Positions 22,023 to 32,647 of a DNA stretch of 64,000 nt are shown one piece after another. The stretch is from Rhynchopus sp. YZ270_cl-10 (Eukaryota), in the NCBI GenBank assembly GCA_964035575.1, contig OZ037839.1, positions 992,001-1,056,000 on the forward strand, written 5' to 3'. Position 1 is the stretch's first letter, and the number at the start of each line of letters is the position of its first letter. The notes below the pieces were generated by a model. It was not told the DNA's origin and did no database searches. It saw only the letters and a program-made list of their open reading frames with translations. Both the position numbers and the translations under genes were made by a program.

Positions 22023-25000
22023 AAACTGGCTGGACGCAAAGGCAGACCCCACTAGATTAGATACGTACTTAGAATCGCACGTAGAACCGGGGATAGGTAG
22101 GAGCGCCTACCCCAAAAACAACGACAATCCCGTGAACCCACTGAGGGCCATCACCGACCACAAGGAGTGGTTGGACGCAACAGCCCGCAGTATCAACTCT
22201 ACAAGGATAGCAGTAGCGCCAGACGGGGACTGCCTATTCACTGCCATAGCTGAGCAGAGCGAGGGGTGGACAACGAACTCACTGCGACAACGGGTGGTGG
22301 ACGTACTGCAAAACGACGACAGTGACCTCTATGCTGACAGCTACTCTCCTGAGGCAAACGAACCTCCCACCTACACGCAACACCTAGCCAAAATGAGAAT
22401 GCAAGGAACGTACGGTGGAGAACGTGAGCTACAGACTGCGGCAAGCATACTCGACAGGGCCATCTGGGTACTGGATGCCAGAGCGAAACGGTTTAGCCAC
22501 GTCGGCGGACCACCTACATCGAACCCAGTTGTGCTCACGTACAGGCCCGAGCACTTCGACCGCCTCAAAGCAACCGAGGGGCTGCTGTCGCTGATTGCAA
22601 CGACGCAGGCAGAAGGCAACCGCTGTGTCACGCTGGAGAACCTGGACACGAATATCGCAGTGTCTCGCTCACGGAAACGTACCAAGACGGAGAGAAAGCG
22701 ACGCCGCGCTGCCCGGGCCACTCCAAACCTGTCCATACGTACTGCCAACATCACCTCAATGAATGCTCACCAGGAGGAGGTGTGGAGTTGGGACAACGAC
22801 ATAGTCGCACTGCAGGAGACTCGGCTCACACAGAAGAAACAGGCCCAAGCTTCCCGAACGCTGTATGAACAAGGCTGGACAGGTCTCTGGGGGTGCCCAG
22901 TAAAGTTACTTCCAAATGCAATACAACAGAGCTACGGAGAGCACAAGGGGGTGGGCCTAATGGTGAAACGAGGCATACCAGCAAGTGTGGTCAGGAGAGA
23001 TACTGAACGAGCAAAGAGACTCTGGGACTCAAAGCGTTACCTGCACGCAAAGGTGGCACATGGGGCAGGGAACCATTTTCTACACCTATTCGTGATATAC
23101 GCCAAAGTCGGCAACTCCCCGCAAGCAAAGCAAGAGCGCGAGAGCTTCCTATCGGATGTATTTGCAGAAGCAGAGATAGGGGACGTACCAGCGATTATCC
23201 TCGGGGATTGCAACAGCCACCCAGAACCCAGCTCAAGCGAAGCAATATCCCTAGCCATCAGCTCAGAACGATGGACGGACTGTGCCGAACGAGCCGCGGG
23301 CTGGGCCAACCAAGAGCCAGAGCACACCCACATCGGTAAGAGCACAAAGTCTGAAGCCAAAAGTGTGTGCTCACGAATTGACATCATACTGGCCAACCAA
23401 ATCGCGGTGCTTGCGCTGGCAGGGTGCAAAACGGGGACGGCCGGAATACCTTCACACATCCCCCTGGACGCGACATTTAAAAATATGACGTACCGGCAGC
23501 GTGTGCTCAAGCAGGAAAGGCCCCCTATGCTACAACAGGATGAACTGAGCAGGAAGAAAACGAAGGCAGACCTTGAAAAGGAGGCTGAAGAGATCTGCGA
23601 TGGTTCCAAAGCACAATGGCACGCAAGCACATTGGTAGAGGACAAGTGGAAAGCATGGAATGAGGATGCGACCAACTTCTGGGCACGGCAGGGAGACGAC
23701 AACTCAGCAGCATGTTTTCGCAAAGGCCGACCACCCAAACTGCGACGCACCTGGCTGTGCAGCAGACAGTCTCGCGAAGGCGACGCAGGAGAGACCCTCA
23801 AGATGACGCGCATCCGGAAGACGATCCGCAGACTAACTGAGGTCGGCAACACTCTACGCACCAAAGGAGCCCTCACACCCAGCGCACGCAAGGCGTGGGA
23901 CAAAGCGAAGGCAGGGCTGGTGAGCATTCTCGACGCTACCCCAGAGGAGGAGCCGCAGGCCAGCACGACACTGGAGCTGATACAGCGCCTGCACCAGAGA
24001 CTCGAAACTGCCAGAAAGAACCTGGAGAGGGACAGGGCCACGCAAAGGTACCGCATGATACGCACGCAATGGCACACCACACCAGGGCTCATCTACAAGC
24101 GCCTCAACGGAGCCAAAATGCGGTGCAACACGATGAAGCGCGGGACGGAAGAGACCGCGAATGTGGAGGACATGGACACGTGGTTGCGTGAGGCATGGCT
24201 TCCCATACTTCAAAAGCACAACACCCTGAGTGACACACCCACGTGGGAAGCGTTCGAGGAAAGGTTTGGCACACACATACCTCAACGGCCGATGCACGTA
24301 GAACCCCTAACCGGAAGGATGCTGAAAGCCGTGGCCGAGAGCATGCCGAAGGGGAAGGCCCCCAGCACAGACGGATGGCACCCAGAAGAACTTGCGCTTC
24401 TCCCAACGGGGATCTTCGACAGGCTGGCATCAATCCTCAACCAAGTAGAAGAGACGGGCGTATGGCCAGAAGCTCTCCTCCACGCGACCGTGAGCATGAT
24501 CGCCAAGGTGGAGGACCCACAACCACTCGACCACCGACCAATTTCCGTGATGTCGGCGGTATATCGGCTATGGGCAAAGACAAGGTTGACGAGCCTAATG
24601 GTGTGGCAAGAGACATGGGCACCGGAATCCATGCACGGCTTCAGGACTGGGCACGGAACACGTGACGCTTTTTACCTCACCGCACTCCTGGTCGAAAAAG
24701 CAATGGTGTCGGGGAACACGCTGCGAGGAGTATTTCTGGACATTAAGAAATGCTTCGACACCATACCGTGGGACATAACCTTCAGTCTTGTGGAGAAAAT
24801 GGGGATCGACATGAAGATCACGCGGCCCCTCAAGAGCATGTACAGGGACCTGAAGAGGCGGTTCAAACTGTACGGTACGGTCGGTGAGGAGTTCAAAGCG
24901 AACAATGGCATTCTGCAGGGATGTGCGCTGAGCATTATCCTGCTGAACGCCCTCCTAGCAGTGTGGGAGGCGGCGGTTCGGACGGAAACCAGATGTCGGA

Positions 25001-27393
25001 CAAGCCTGTACGCGGACGACACCACCATGACCTCGAACAACACCGCACAATTGAGGAAAGGCCTCACAGTGTCCCACGACTTCGCCACCAAGACCGACCT
25101 CACGTACGGAAGTAGTTTCTCCTTCTCGACAGCCAAGACCGAAAAGCTGGAGCTCATGCTCGGAGACACCCAGCTGAGACAGGAGAAGAAGGAACTGGAC
25201 AATCTCGGCGCAGTGATCAGACTGGCCGTAGCCAAGAAAAAGGAAGCAGCGACAAAGCTGGACAAGCGAGTGCGCAAAGCTGAGACATGTGCGCGACGTA
25301 TCCCTCACCTCAACGTCCCCTTTGAAGGCAGAGCCGAACTGGTGGCGACAAAAATAATGCCCATGGCACTCTACGGCTGCGAGACGTACGAGCCGCTGTC
25401 CACCACCGCTGGAAGGCTCACCAAAGCAGTGACGGCGGCGATTTGGAGGGGCCTACCTAGCAGATGCAGTGAAATAGTGAGGGGAGTGCTGAACCCGCTA
25501 CACCGGACAGACCCAACATCTTACCTCAAGTACCAACGCCTGCTCGCGCTCTACACCATGGGGAAGAACCAGGAGATTAGAACCCTAATAGACGAGATCC
25601 GTATCCTGAAGCGGACGTCGAGAGTAAAATTCTGTGGACCGGTAGACATCCTCCTCCGCACCACCCAATCCATGAACTGGCGCTGGGAGAACAACACCCT
25701 ATTGCCCCCGCACACAACACAGATGAACCTCGACGAACCCGAGGGTGACCTTCTTCGACACCAACTCCGAGACGGTATCAGGGACGATTTCTGCCGTAGA
25801 CTCGAGACAAGGAGGGAGGACATGCAAGGGGTTAAAGATGGCATCGATTATCGCACGATCAACGCCGTGTGGAACAGCTACAAGAACACAGATCCACTGC
25901 GTGCAGGGTACATGAGGAACATTCTTGCAGGAGCGGAGCTCACACAGGACAGGCGCAAAAGAATGAAGATGAGCACCAGTGACACGTGCGAGCACTGCGG
26001 CACAGGTGTGGAGGACTTTGAACACATGTGGGAACAATGCAGCCACACCGCACACATACGCGAACAGCACAAATACGCAAGAGTGTCCGATCCAGCAGTA
26101 AGAGAAAGCTGGCCGAAATGCCTGCGCCTCAACGCCATTCTCCCCGCCGGCTTCCAGATGATTCCGGAAGTGCCGAACAGAGAAGCCCTAGAGCTGCTGC
26201 TTCTCATGTACTCAGACATCGCCCTAGAGAGGGAGGACAAGAGAAAACGCGGTACCACTACAACGAAGACGAGCCAAATGGACAATTTTCCCTGGACATG
26301 GGAACCAGAAGGCCCATACGAGACCTACATAGGAGTACTTCCTGACGAGGTGCCAGACGCGTGGCCGTACAAAGCGGAAGGATACCTCGCACTCAAGGAG
26401 TGGCTGGAAAGCCTAAAGTGGCCGACGGTGTCCAATGGGAAATCACAGCACGTCTCGCACCTGGAGCTGGCGCTGGACTTCGAAGCGCACACAGGAGCAA
26501 AGCTCACCACAGAGGAACCCAATTCCCGAGAGAGCTCCATGATCACCGACAAAATCACCTGGTTCAGCAACTGGATGGCTAAGGCAAAGATAGTGGCAGC
26601 AAACGCGTACCTCTTCTCGGGCACCATCTACCCCAAGAGCAAAGTGTTCGCCCCATTAGACCTAGGCATCAAGTGGGGAACCCTAGCGATCACGAGACGA
26701 CCCATCCTCACCGAACCAGCTGAGGTGCTCAAGACGATCCGGTCCCTGCCAACCCTCTGCAAAGGGAACAAATCCTGGACGAACACAGAGCTCCCACCCC
26801 TAGAAGAGGACTGCAAACAGGAGAGAGCAGACAGAATTGCGAAGCACATCCGCTTGGCTGCTGAGCAGAAGCAGCAGAAGCAGGCTCGACGAAAACCAAA
26901 GAAACCCACCGGACACACTCGCATCTTCTTCGGCGGATACTGCAACGTGAGGCAGCCGGGGGCGAGGGTGAAGAAAAACACTTGCCAGGGATCGGGCGCA
27001 GGTGCACGCCTCGAGATAGATGGCGAGGTGCGGTGGACAGCCAGCAGTCGCCTGGCGGACACAACCCTGAACGTCGCGGAGTATGAAGGACTGCTGATGT
27101 GCCTCGAATACCTGAAGAGCGACACAGACACCACACCACTGAACATCTACGGATCCAGTAGAACCGTGGTTGACCAGGTGAACGAGCACTGCAGACCATA
27201 CGCGGCAGTCGCCCACCTCCAGAAAGAGGCGCGGGGTGAGCTTGACAAGCTGAGAGCGACCCGAAGCATCACGTTGGTGCACATCGACAGCAGTAACAAC
27301 GTGAACGCCACAAAGCTCGCCTGCACGGCCGTTGAGAAGCTTAGTGTGGGCGAGACAACGAAAGAGGACAAGCTAGGACAGCACCCTCTGTAG
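21769..27393 (+). CDS. LINE ORF2: OTU protease - AP endonuclease - reverse transcriptase - CCHC knuckle - RNase H-like
   Basis: OTU DGDCLF..YGGERE..HF; APE TANIT, LQET, GDCN, RIDI, SH; RT KAPSTDG, RPIS, LDIKKCFD, QG, YADD; CEHC..EH..C; C-terminal NVAEYEGL. Confidence 0.95.
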   Translation: MQREGGKGERGNHRPAIRGRLPRRHLLRVAAGGEEGKGKGKGKRRPREKPRTSEPARLQPRSLNSPSPIPWKSTPDPLLELEQTRNWLDAKADPTRLDTYLESHVEPGIGRSAYPKNNDNPVNPLRAITDHKEWLDATARSINSTRIAVAPDGDCLFTAIAEQSEGWTTNSLRQRVVDVLQNDDSDLYADSYSPEANEPPTYTQHLAKMRMQGTYGGERELQTAASILDRAIWVLDARAKRFSHVGGPPTSNPVVLTYRPEHFDRLKATEGLLSLIATTQAEGNRCVTLENLDTNIAVSRSRKRTKTERKRRRAARATPNLSIRTANITSMNAHQEEVWSWDNDIVALQETRLTQKKQAQASRTLYEQGWTGLWGCPVKLLPNAIQQSYGEHKGVGLMVKRGIPASVVRRDTERAKRLWDSKRYLHAKVAHGAGNHFLHLFVIYAKVGNSPQAKQERESFLSDVFAEAEIGDVPAIILGDCNSHPEPSSSEAISLAISSERWTDCAERAAGWANQEPEHTHIGKSTKSEAKSVCSRIDIILANQIAVLALAGCKTGTAGIPSHIPLDATFKNMTYRQRVLKQERPPMLQQDELSRKKTKADLEKEAEEICDGSKAQWHASTLVEDKWKAWNEDATNFWARQGDDNSAACFRKGRPPKLRRTWLCSRQSREGDAGETLKMTRIRKTIRRLTEVGNTLRTKGALTPSARKAWDKAKAGLVSILDATPEEEPQASTTLELIQRLHQRLETARKNLERDRATQRYRMIRTQWHTTPGLIYKRLNGAKMRCNTMKRGTEETANVEDMDTWLREAWLPILQKHNTLSDTPTWEAFEERFGTHIPQRPMHVEPLTGRMLKAVAESMPKGKAPSTDGWHPEELALLPTGIFDRLASILNQVEETGVWPEALLHATVSMIAKVEDPQPLDHRPISVMSAVYRLWAKTRLTSLMVWQETWAPESMHGFRTGHGTRDAFYLTALLVEKAMVSGNTLRGVFLDIKKCFDTIPWDITFSLVEKMGIDMKITRPLKSMYRDLKRRFKLYGTVGEEFKANNGILQGCALSIILLNALLAVWEAAVRTETRCRTSLYADDTTMTSNNTAQLRKGLTVSHDFATKTDLTYGSSFSFSTAKTEKLELMLGDTQLRQEKKELDNLGAVIRLAVAKKKEAATKLDKRVRKAETCARRIPHLNVPFEGRAELVATKIMPMALYGCETYEPLSTTAGRLTKAVTAAIWRGLPSRCSEIVRGVLNPLHRTDPTSYLKYQRLLALYTMGKNQEIRTLIDEIRILKRTSRVKFCGPVDILLRTTQSMNWRWENNTLLPPHTTQMNLDEPEGDLLRHQLRDGIRDDFCRRLETRREDMQGVKDGIDYRTINAVWNSYKNTDPLRAGYMRNILAGAELTQDRRKRMKMSTSDTCEHCGTGVEDFEHMWEQCSHTAHIREQHKYARVSDPAVRESWPKCLRLNAILPAGFQMIPEVPNREALELLLLMYSDIALEREDKRKRGTTTTKTSQMDNFPWTWEPEGPYETYIGVLPDEVPDAWPYKAEGYLALKEWLESLKWPTVSNGKSQHVSHLELALDFEAHTGAKLTTEEPNSRESSMITDKITWFSNWMAKAKIVAANAYLFSGTIYPKSKVFAPLDLGIKWGTLAITRRPILTEPAEVLKTIRSLPTLCKGNKSWTNTELPPLEEDCKQERADRIAKHIRLAAEQKQQKQARRKPKKPTGHTRIFFGGYCNVRQPGARVKKNTCQGSGAGARLEIDGEVRWTASSRLADTTLNVAEYEGLLMCLEYLKSDTDTTPLNIYGSSRTVVDQVNEHCRPYAAVAHLQKEARGELDKLRATRSITLVHIDSSNNVNATKLACTAVEKLSVGETTKEDKLGQHPL

Positions 27394-27841
27394 ATATTTT
27401 ACCTTGTTCTTCTTGTTTTTCATGCATTTCAATCTTCCTCAACGACATTCTTGTTTTTCATTGTTTTTCAGTTGACACAGCGACGCATAAGTCCATTTGG
27501 CACTGTTGTTGAACCCCAAGTTCAAACCGGACGGCTATCCCAGCGTAGATGGCAGCAGACGTGTACGCCACGCCTGAAACCGGTAATTTTAATATTCATT
27601 GCTTTTCTTTACAAGTTGACACAAGATTCTAGATTTTAAGTTGGTTCAACGTCGCATGAGACCAGTTGGCGCAGTCGTTGAACCCTCAATTTTTCATTTT
27701 TTTCTGGTTTTGGCCCGTGAAACCCTGTGTTACATCAACGCTGGGTTCGCGAGCCTGAAGCCAGGGGTGGCTGCATTCCTTTTCGGACCGGGGTGCTCCA
27801 TCCTATTTTTAAAAACGTTTATCGAAGCGAGGTTGGCGACT

Positions 27842-29053
27842 GTGAGGGATCCTGAGGTGGCTTCTCTGCTTCTTCAGGCGGAGGTTGCGACTGTTATTCC
27901 AGGCTTCTTCTTGTCGCAAGCATCATTTACGAGACTTGATCTCTCTGCTGTGTCTGGTGTGACACGAATTGAGGACGGCTTCCTCTCTGGGTGTGCGTCG
28001 GTGGAAACTGTTGACTTGTCGGGATTGTGCAACGTTACGCACATTGGGCATGACTGTCTCTCTGGCTGCACATCGTTGACAAGCCTTGACGTGTCAGGGT
28101 TCACTGGTGTGACGGTGATTGGGGAGTCGTTCCTAGGAGGAAGTGGCGTCACAAATCTTGACTTATCCGAGATGACGAGTGTGACGAAAGTTGGTACATA
28201 CTTTCTTGCCTACTGCAAGTCGCTGAAAAGTCTAGACATCTCAGGATGGCGCAGAATCACACACATTGAGGACGGCTTCCTCCATAACTGCACCTCGTTG
28301 GCAACCATTGATTTGTCAGCTTTTTGCAGTGTCACGAAGATCGGATCCAAGCTTTTCTTCAACTGCTCGTCGTTGACCACCATCAGCTTTTCAGGGATGA
28401 CAAATGTGACGGAAATTTGGAACGAGTTTTGTGCGTACTGCACCTCGTTAGAAACGATTGACTTGACAGCACTGCACAGAGTTGTGAAGGTGGGTAACTG
28501 CTTTCTCTGGGGCTGCACTTCGCTGAGAAGTATCGACCTTTCAGCTTTTGGCAGAATCGCACACATTGAGGACGGCTGGATGCAAGAGTGCTCCGCGTTG
28601 ACAACAGCAGACTTCTCAGGAATGAGCAATGTTCGGCGGATTGATGCTAATTTCCTGCAAGAGTGCACGTCCTTGACGACGCTGGACATGTCAGGCTTTG
28701 ACAGGGACACAGAGATCCATCACTACTTCCTGGACAACTGCAACGCACTCACAACAGTCGTCTTGCCAGGCAACATCGACATTGACGAGATGTTGTCTCT
28801 CCCGAATGGAGACCCACCCCTCTACGACAAGCGGACCTTACGTGAACGTATGCGTGAGATTTACGAAAGGTTTACGGAACAATTCAGAGGTGTGCGGATA
28901 GAAGCTTTTGAGGCAGTACGAACAGACGTGTCTGGAAGTGCACGGCAATGTATTGCATTGAAAGCAGGACACGAGAGAGAAGGGATTGATGCAAGCACAA
29001 GAGGACGAAAAAGAGGAACAAAAAGAGGATTTGGAGAGTTGGGGGCAGCATAA
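27842..29053 (+). pseudogene. 3' (LRR) half of the split Ubl-LRR gene; frame still open
   Basis: VRDPEVASLLLQAEVAT matches VEDPKVASLLLQAEVAT of the 16750 gene; 24-aa LRRs CTSLxxxDLSxxxxVTxIGxxFL. Confidence 0.85.
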
Positions 29054-29915
29054 ACAGGCGCAGGACAAGCTGGATGAACAGAGGGGTTTGGGGGGTTTGG
29101 TGATTTGTGTGAAGAACACTTCGGTGAACCTATTGAACTGCATTTTTGGGTACACTTTTGAGAGCTGGGGTAAAATATTTGGCAGGTTTGGTGCACAACT
29201 CTGACAAACTGGAGTGTCCCCACCACTTTTTATGAACAACCTGTCAGCCCAAAGTCTTTTCCACTCCACATATGTGTCAGGCTGGGGATGAGTGAAAAAC
29301 AAACGAGAAAGCTATTTTATTGCCTCCAAATATTGTGCCTCAAGCCAAAATGCTTTAGGGGGGCAGGAAATAAAGTAGGTTTTTTTCCCTGCATTTTTTA
29401 GCCGTAAATGGCTGGGGTGAGGGAAAAAAAGTAAATTTGAGCAGGGAATAAATAGTAAATAGCCGGGAACCCCAGCTAAAAAGGGGCAGGGAATAAAAAG
29501 TCTATTTTTCCCTGCTGTTTTTTTGATTTTTTGCCTTCTAAGGTGCGCCTCCGTACTAACTAGACTCTCGAAAATTTTTTTGGTCACACCCCTAAAAGTG
29601 CCCAATTTTGCAATTCCAGCAAGAATTGAGCAGTTTTGAGCCTTTCTAGGGGTCTAAAACGCGTTTTTGAGGTTTTTTTCCACCCAAAAAACTTCCCAGA
29701 GGGATTTTAACGTCAAAACCACAAGATCATGCCAAGGACTACCAAGAAGCAGGCCACAGATATCTATGAGGATGCTCAGAAGAAGGCGCCCACAAAAGAA
29801 ACCCATGACATCGCTTTGCAAGGATTTCTGAAATTGTCGAAGATCAAGTCCCGCAAGCCACGTGAGAAGATTACACCGCTACTTCGATCACTTGCACAAA
29901 GAACCACGGGTTGCC

Positions 29916-30050
29916 TACGATCGTAGTACGATCGTTTACGATCGTACCAAAAAACGATCGTAACGATCGTAAAATATCGTACTACGATCAACTACGATCG
30001 TACTACGATCGTAAACGATCGTAGTACGATCGTAGTACGATCGTAGTACG
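29916..30050. repeat. ACGATCGT-rich palindromic repeat cluster
   Basis: Repeated tacgatcgta units. Confidence 0.7.
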
Positions 30051-31519
30051 TTTGCCAAACGAAATAACGAATATCGCTTGAAATACCGTTCGATATTCCT
30101 TGCATGGTGTGCATGAAGCACACACAAGGTATATCAAACGATAATCAATCAGATAAAACGTTACATCATTGGAAAATTGTTGGCACCGCCGCCCTGTCTT
30201 CGTATTTATTACGTCGACAGGCCAAACAACGTTGGGCTCAGAAGAAGCAGTGCTAGACAGTCACTGGGGATCAACATGAGAACCAACTCCCAACAACACA
30301 GGCTACCGAAGTAGCAGGTGGGGTGTTGCGGGTGTTTGGGGTGAAAGAAAATCGATTTTGGTAAGTTCCAGCAGAAAATTCTTAAGTTTGCACTATTCGA
30401 GAAGGGTTACCACTGCTCACCGAGCGGTGCACCCATTTAAGGGTGGAGAAGCGTGACACGCACATACAAGTATGCACGTTACTTCAACAAAGGCTGAATT
30501 CTGGTAATTCTAAGGGATGTGAATTACAGCCACCACATGGTTGTCATTAGGTTACTACCTTCGTCGTAAACGTATACAAAGGTTTCGCCCCCTTCTCTTT
30601 CATGCAAACTTAAGAAAATCCTGAAGTAACTACAACCTGGCGTGCGGGTACAGATGCATTGCTTTGTTCTTTCCTCAAAGTCATGTGTGATCTCTCGGGT
30701 CTGTACTAAAGTCAGTGTTTAGATAAGCATCCACTTGACTCGTTCTAACAACCGTTGAAATCTAGAACAAAACAATACACTGCCCCTTCTCACACCAAGC
30801 CGCCATGCTTCAAGAGCATGCCCTGGGCAAAAATTACTGTGACAAAATTAGTTTTCTGGGGGAACGCAATATTTTATTGTGCCCAGTCCTCCGCAAGCAG
30901 AGGACAGACTTTCCGGATCCCGAAGTCGAATTTCTTGCACTAGCTATGCTCCCTGGGTTAATGGCTATAGCAGTGACTGACAGAGTGTTCCCACTCCCCT
31001 TTCCACCCCATATGTTCGCTCGTTCTGCACAGTTGGTTCTCGATGTTGCACTCGCGATACCTGTTTAAAAGTGAAGTTGTGAGTGGTGGGGAATTTAAAG
31101 AAGGTGATTTCTTTAAAAAATAAGTTGGCCTGAGGGTGTAAAATATTGTTATGGAGACTTTTTGGAGGAAATACGAGTCGACGGCCTTATTTTGTTGAAT
31201 ATTCACCAGAAAGTTAAACATATTTACATACCTTGTCTTGCGCCTTCGCTGCTGTCAAGGTGCCTTCTCTGGGTACCCAGTACCCAGTACCCATAATACC
31301 CAAAATAATTTAGGATAATACCCACTGGGTATTATCCTTTTTTTTATTTGTTTCAATACTCCAAGGCAGGGATTTTTCTAATTCTGGATTGGGATTGGGA
31401 TTTCGGAAAAATAAAAAAATTCCCTGAAAAAAATTCCCTGTTTTTCCCTACAGCAATTTCAGGTATATTCTACTCCACCCCACCCCCAGAGAGTTTCGCC
31501 TGTGGGATGCGATCGATCA

Positions 31520-31719
31520 NNNNNNNNNNNNNNNNNNNNNNNNNNNNNNNNNNNNNNNNNNNNNNNNNNNNNNNNNNNNNNNNNNNNNNNNNNNNNNNNN
31601 NNNNNNNNNNNNNNNNNNNNNNNNNNNNNNNNNNNNNNNNNNNNNNNNNNNNNNNNNNNNNNNNNNNNNNNNNNNNNNNNNNNNNNNNNNNNNNNNNNNN
31701 NNNNNNNNNNNNNNNNNNN
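31520..31719. other. Assembly gap (200 N)
   Basis: Run of N. Confidence 1.
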
Positions 31720-32647
31720 AAGCTACCGTGAATGTGGTGAAAAACGTTGCTGGACACGCCATCGCTGGTGAACAAGGTACATTGAGACACCAACGATGCC
31801 GAGGAAAAAAAAAATATAAATTGGGGGTATCTTTTTTGACAATCTCCCTGAGCACCTACCGCTGGGGGAGTAGGTAAGCTAGGGTCTGTACTCAATGTTG
31901 GCCAAAGCCTTTCTTTTTTTGAAAACTTGGTTGTATTAGTGTAGCCACCCTAGAGTGTGCTCCACTATATAAACTTTTTTTTTGTACAGAAGGTTTGAAA
32001 CGTCATTCGTCCTCGGGCCTTTAAGGCAGTTTTTATGAGAGGGAAAAAAAATTAGATTCATATACTTTCAGTTCACAGAATTGAAAGTATATGCCGAGAA
32101 AAAATAGAAACTGACTTCCGGTTCTGAATAAAAAGAAAACAATGAAAAACAACTTTTTCGTTTATCGCGAGAAAAAAATAATGAGTGAGAAAACACAAGC
32201 TGGCGGGCACGCACCTTCCGTCGTTTCTATTTCCTATTGTCAAGTACCTTGATTTACAAAAAAAAAAATTATTATTGGCAAGAAGTCGGTAATACAACTT
32301 CGCGTCTTTATGAGGGGGAAATTGTTTCATATACTATCTATTCCACTGCATAGAAGGTATAATAGGGTGCACTAAATGTACCCAAAAATAATAAAGAAAT
32401 CCTGATATCGAGACAATCCGTACATGAGTGTTTTTCACTTTTGTAAGGCTACCTGCAAAAAAGGAGGTCTTTTGTGGGTCACGATTGACCACCCTAATTT
32501 TGAAGGGGGGGAAAAAAATGGGAAAGGGAGAAGTGGGCATTGCATTATTTTTTCCTTTTTTTGATAAATTGTTGGAGTAGTAGTTGCCTCGGTTGTGTTG
32601 CCACAGTTGTGCAAATATCCACTGTCTTTCCCCCCCCCCCCCCCCCC

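Larger units (their letters stand above)
20463..27822 (+). mobile_element. Full-length APE-type non-LTR retrotransposon (ingi/L1Tc-like 5' ribozyme), 7360 bp
   Basis: 19-bp TSD on both sides; ORF1 + 1874-codon ORF2 with APE, RT, CCHC and RNase H-like domains; ~430-nt 3' UTR with no poly(A). Confidence 0.95.

Noticed and set aside
29729..31100. Possible decayed transposase or gene
   Set aside because: Only short broken frames with no identifiable motif
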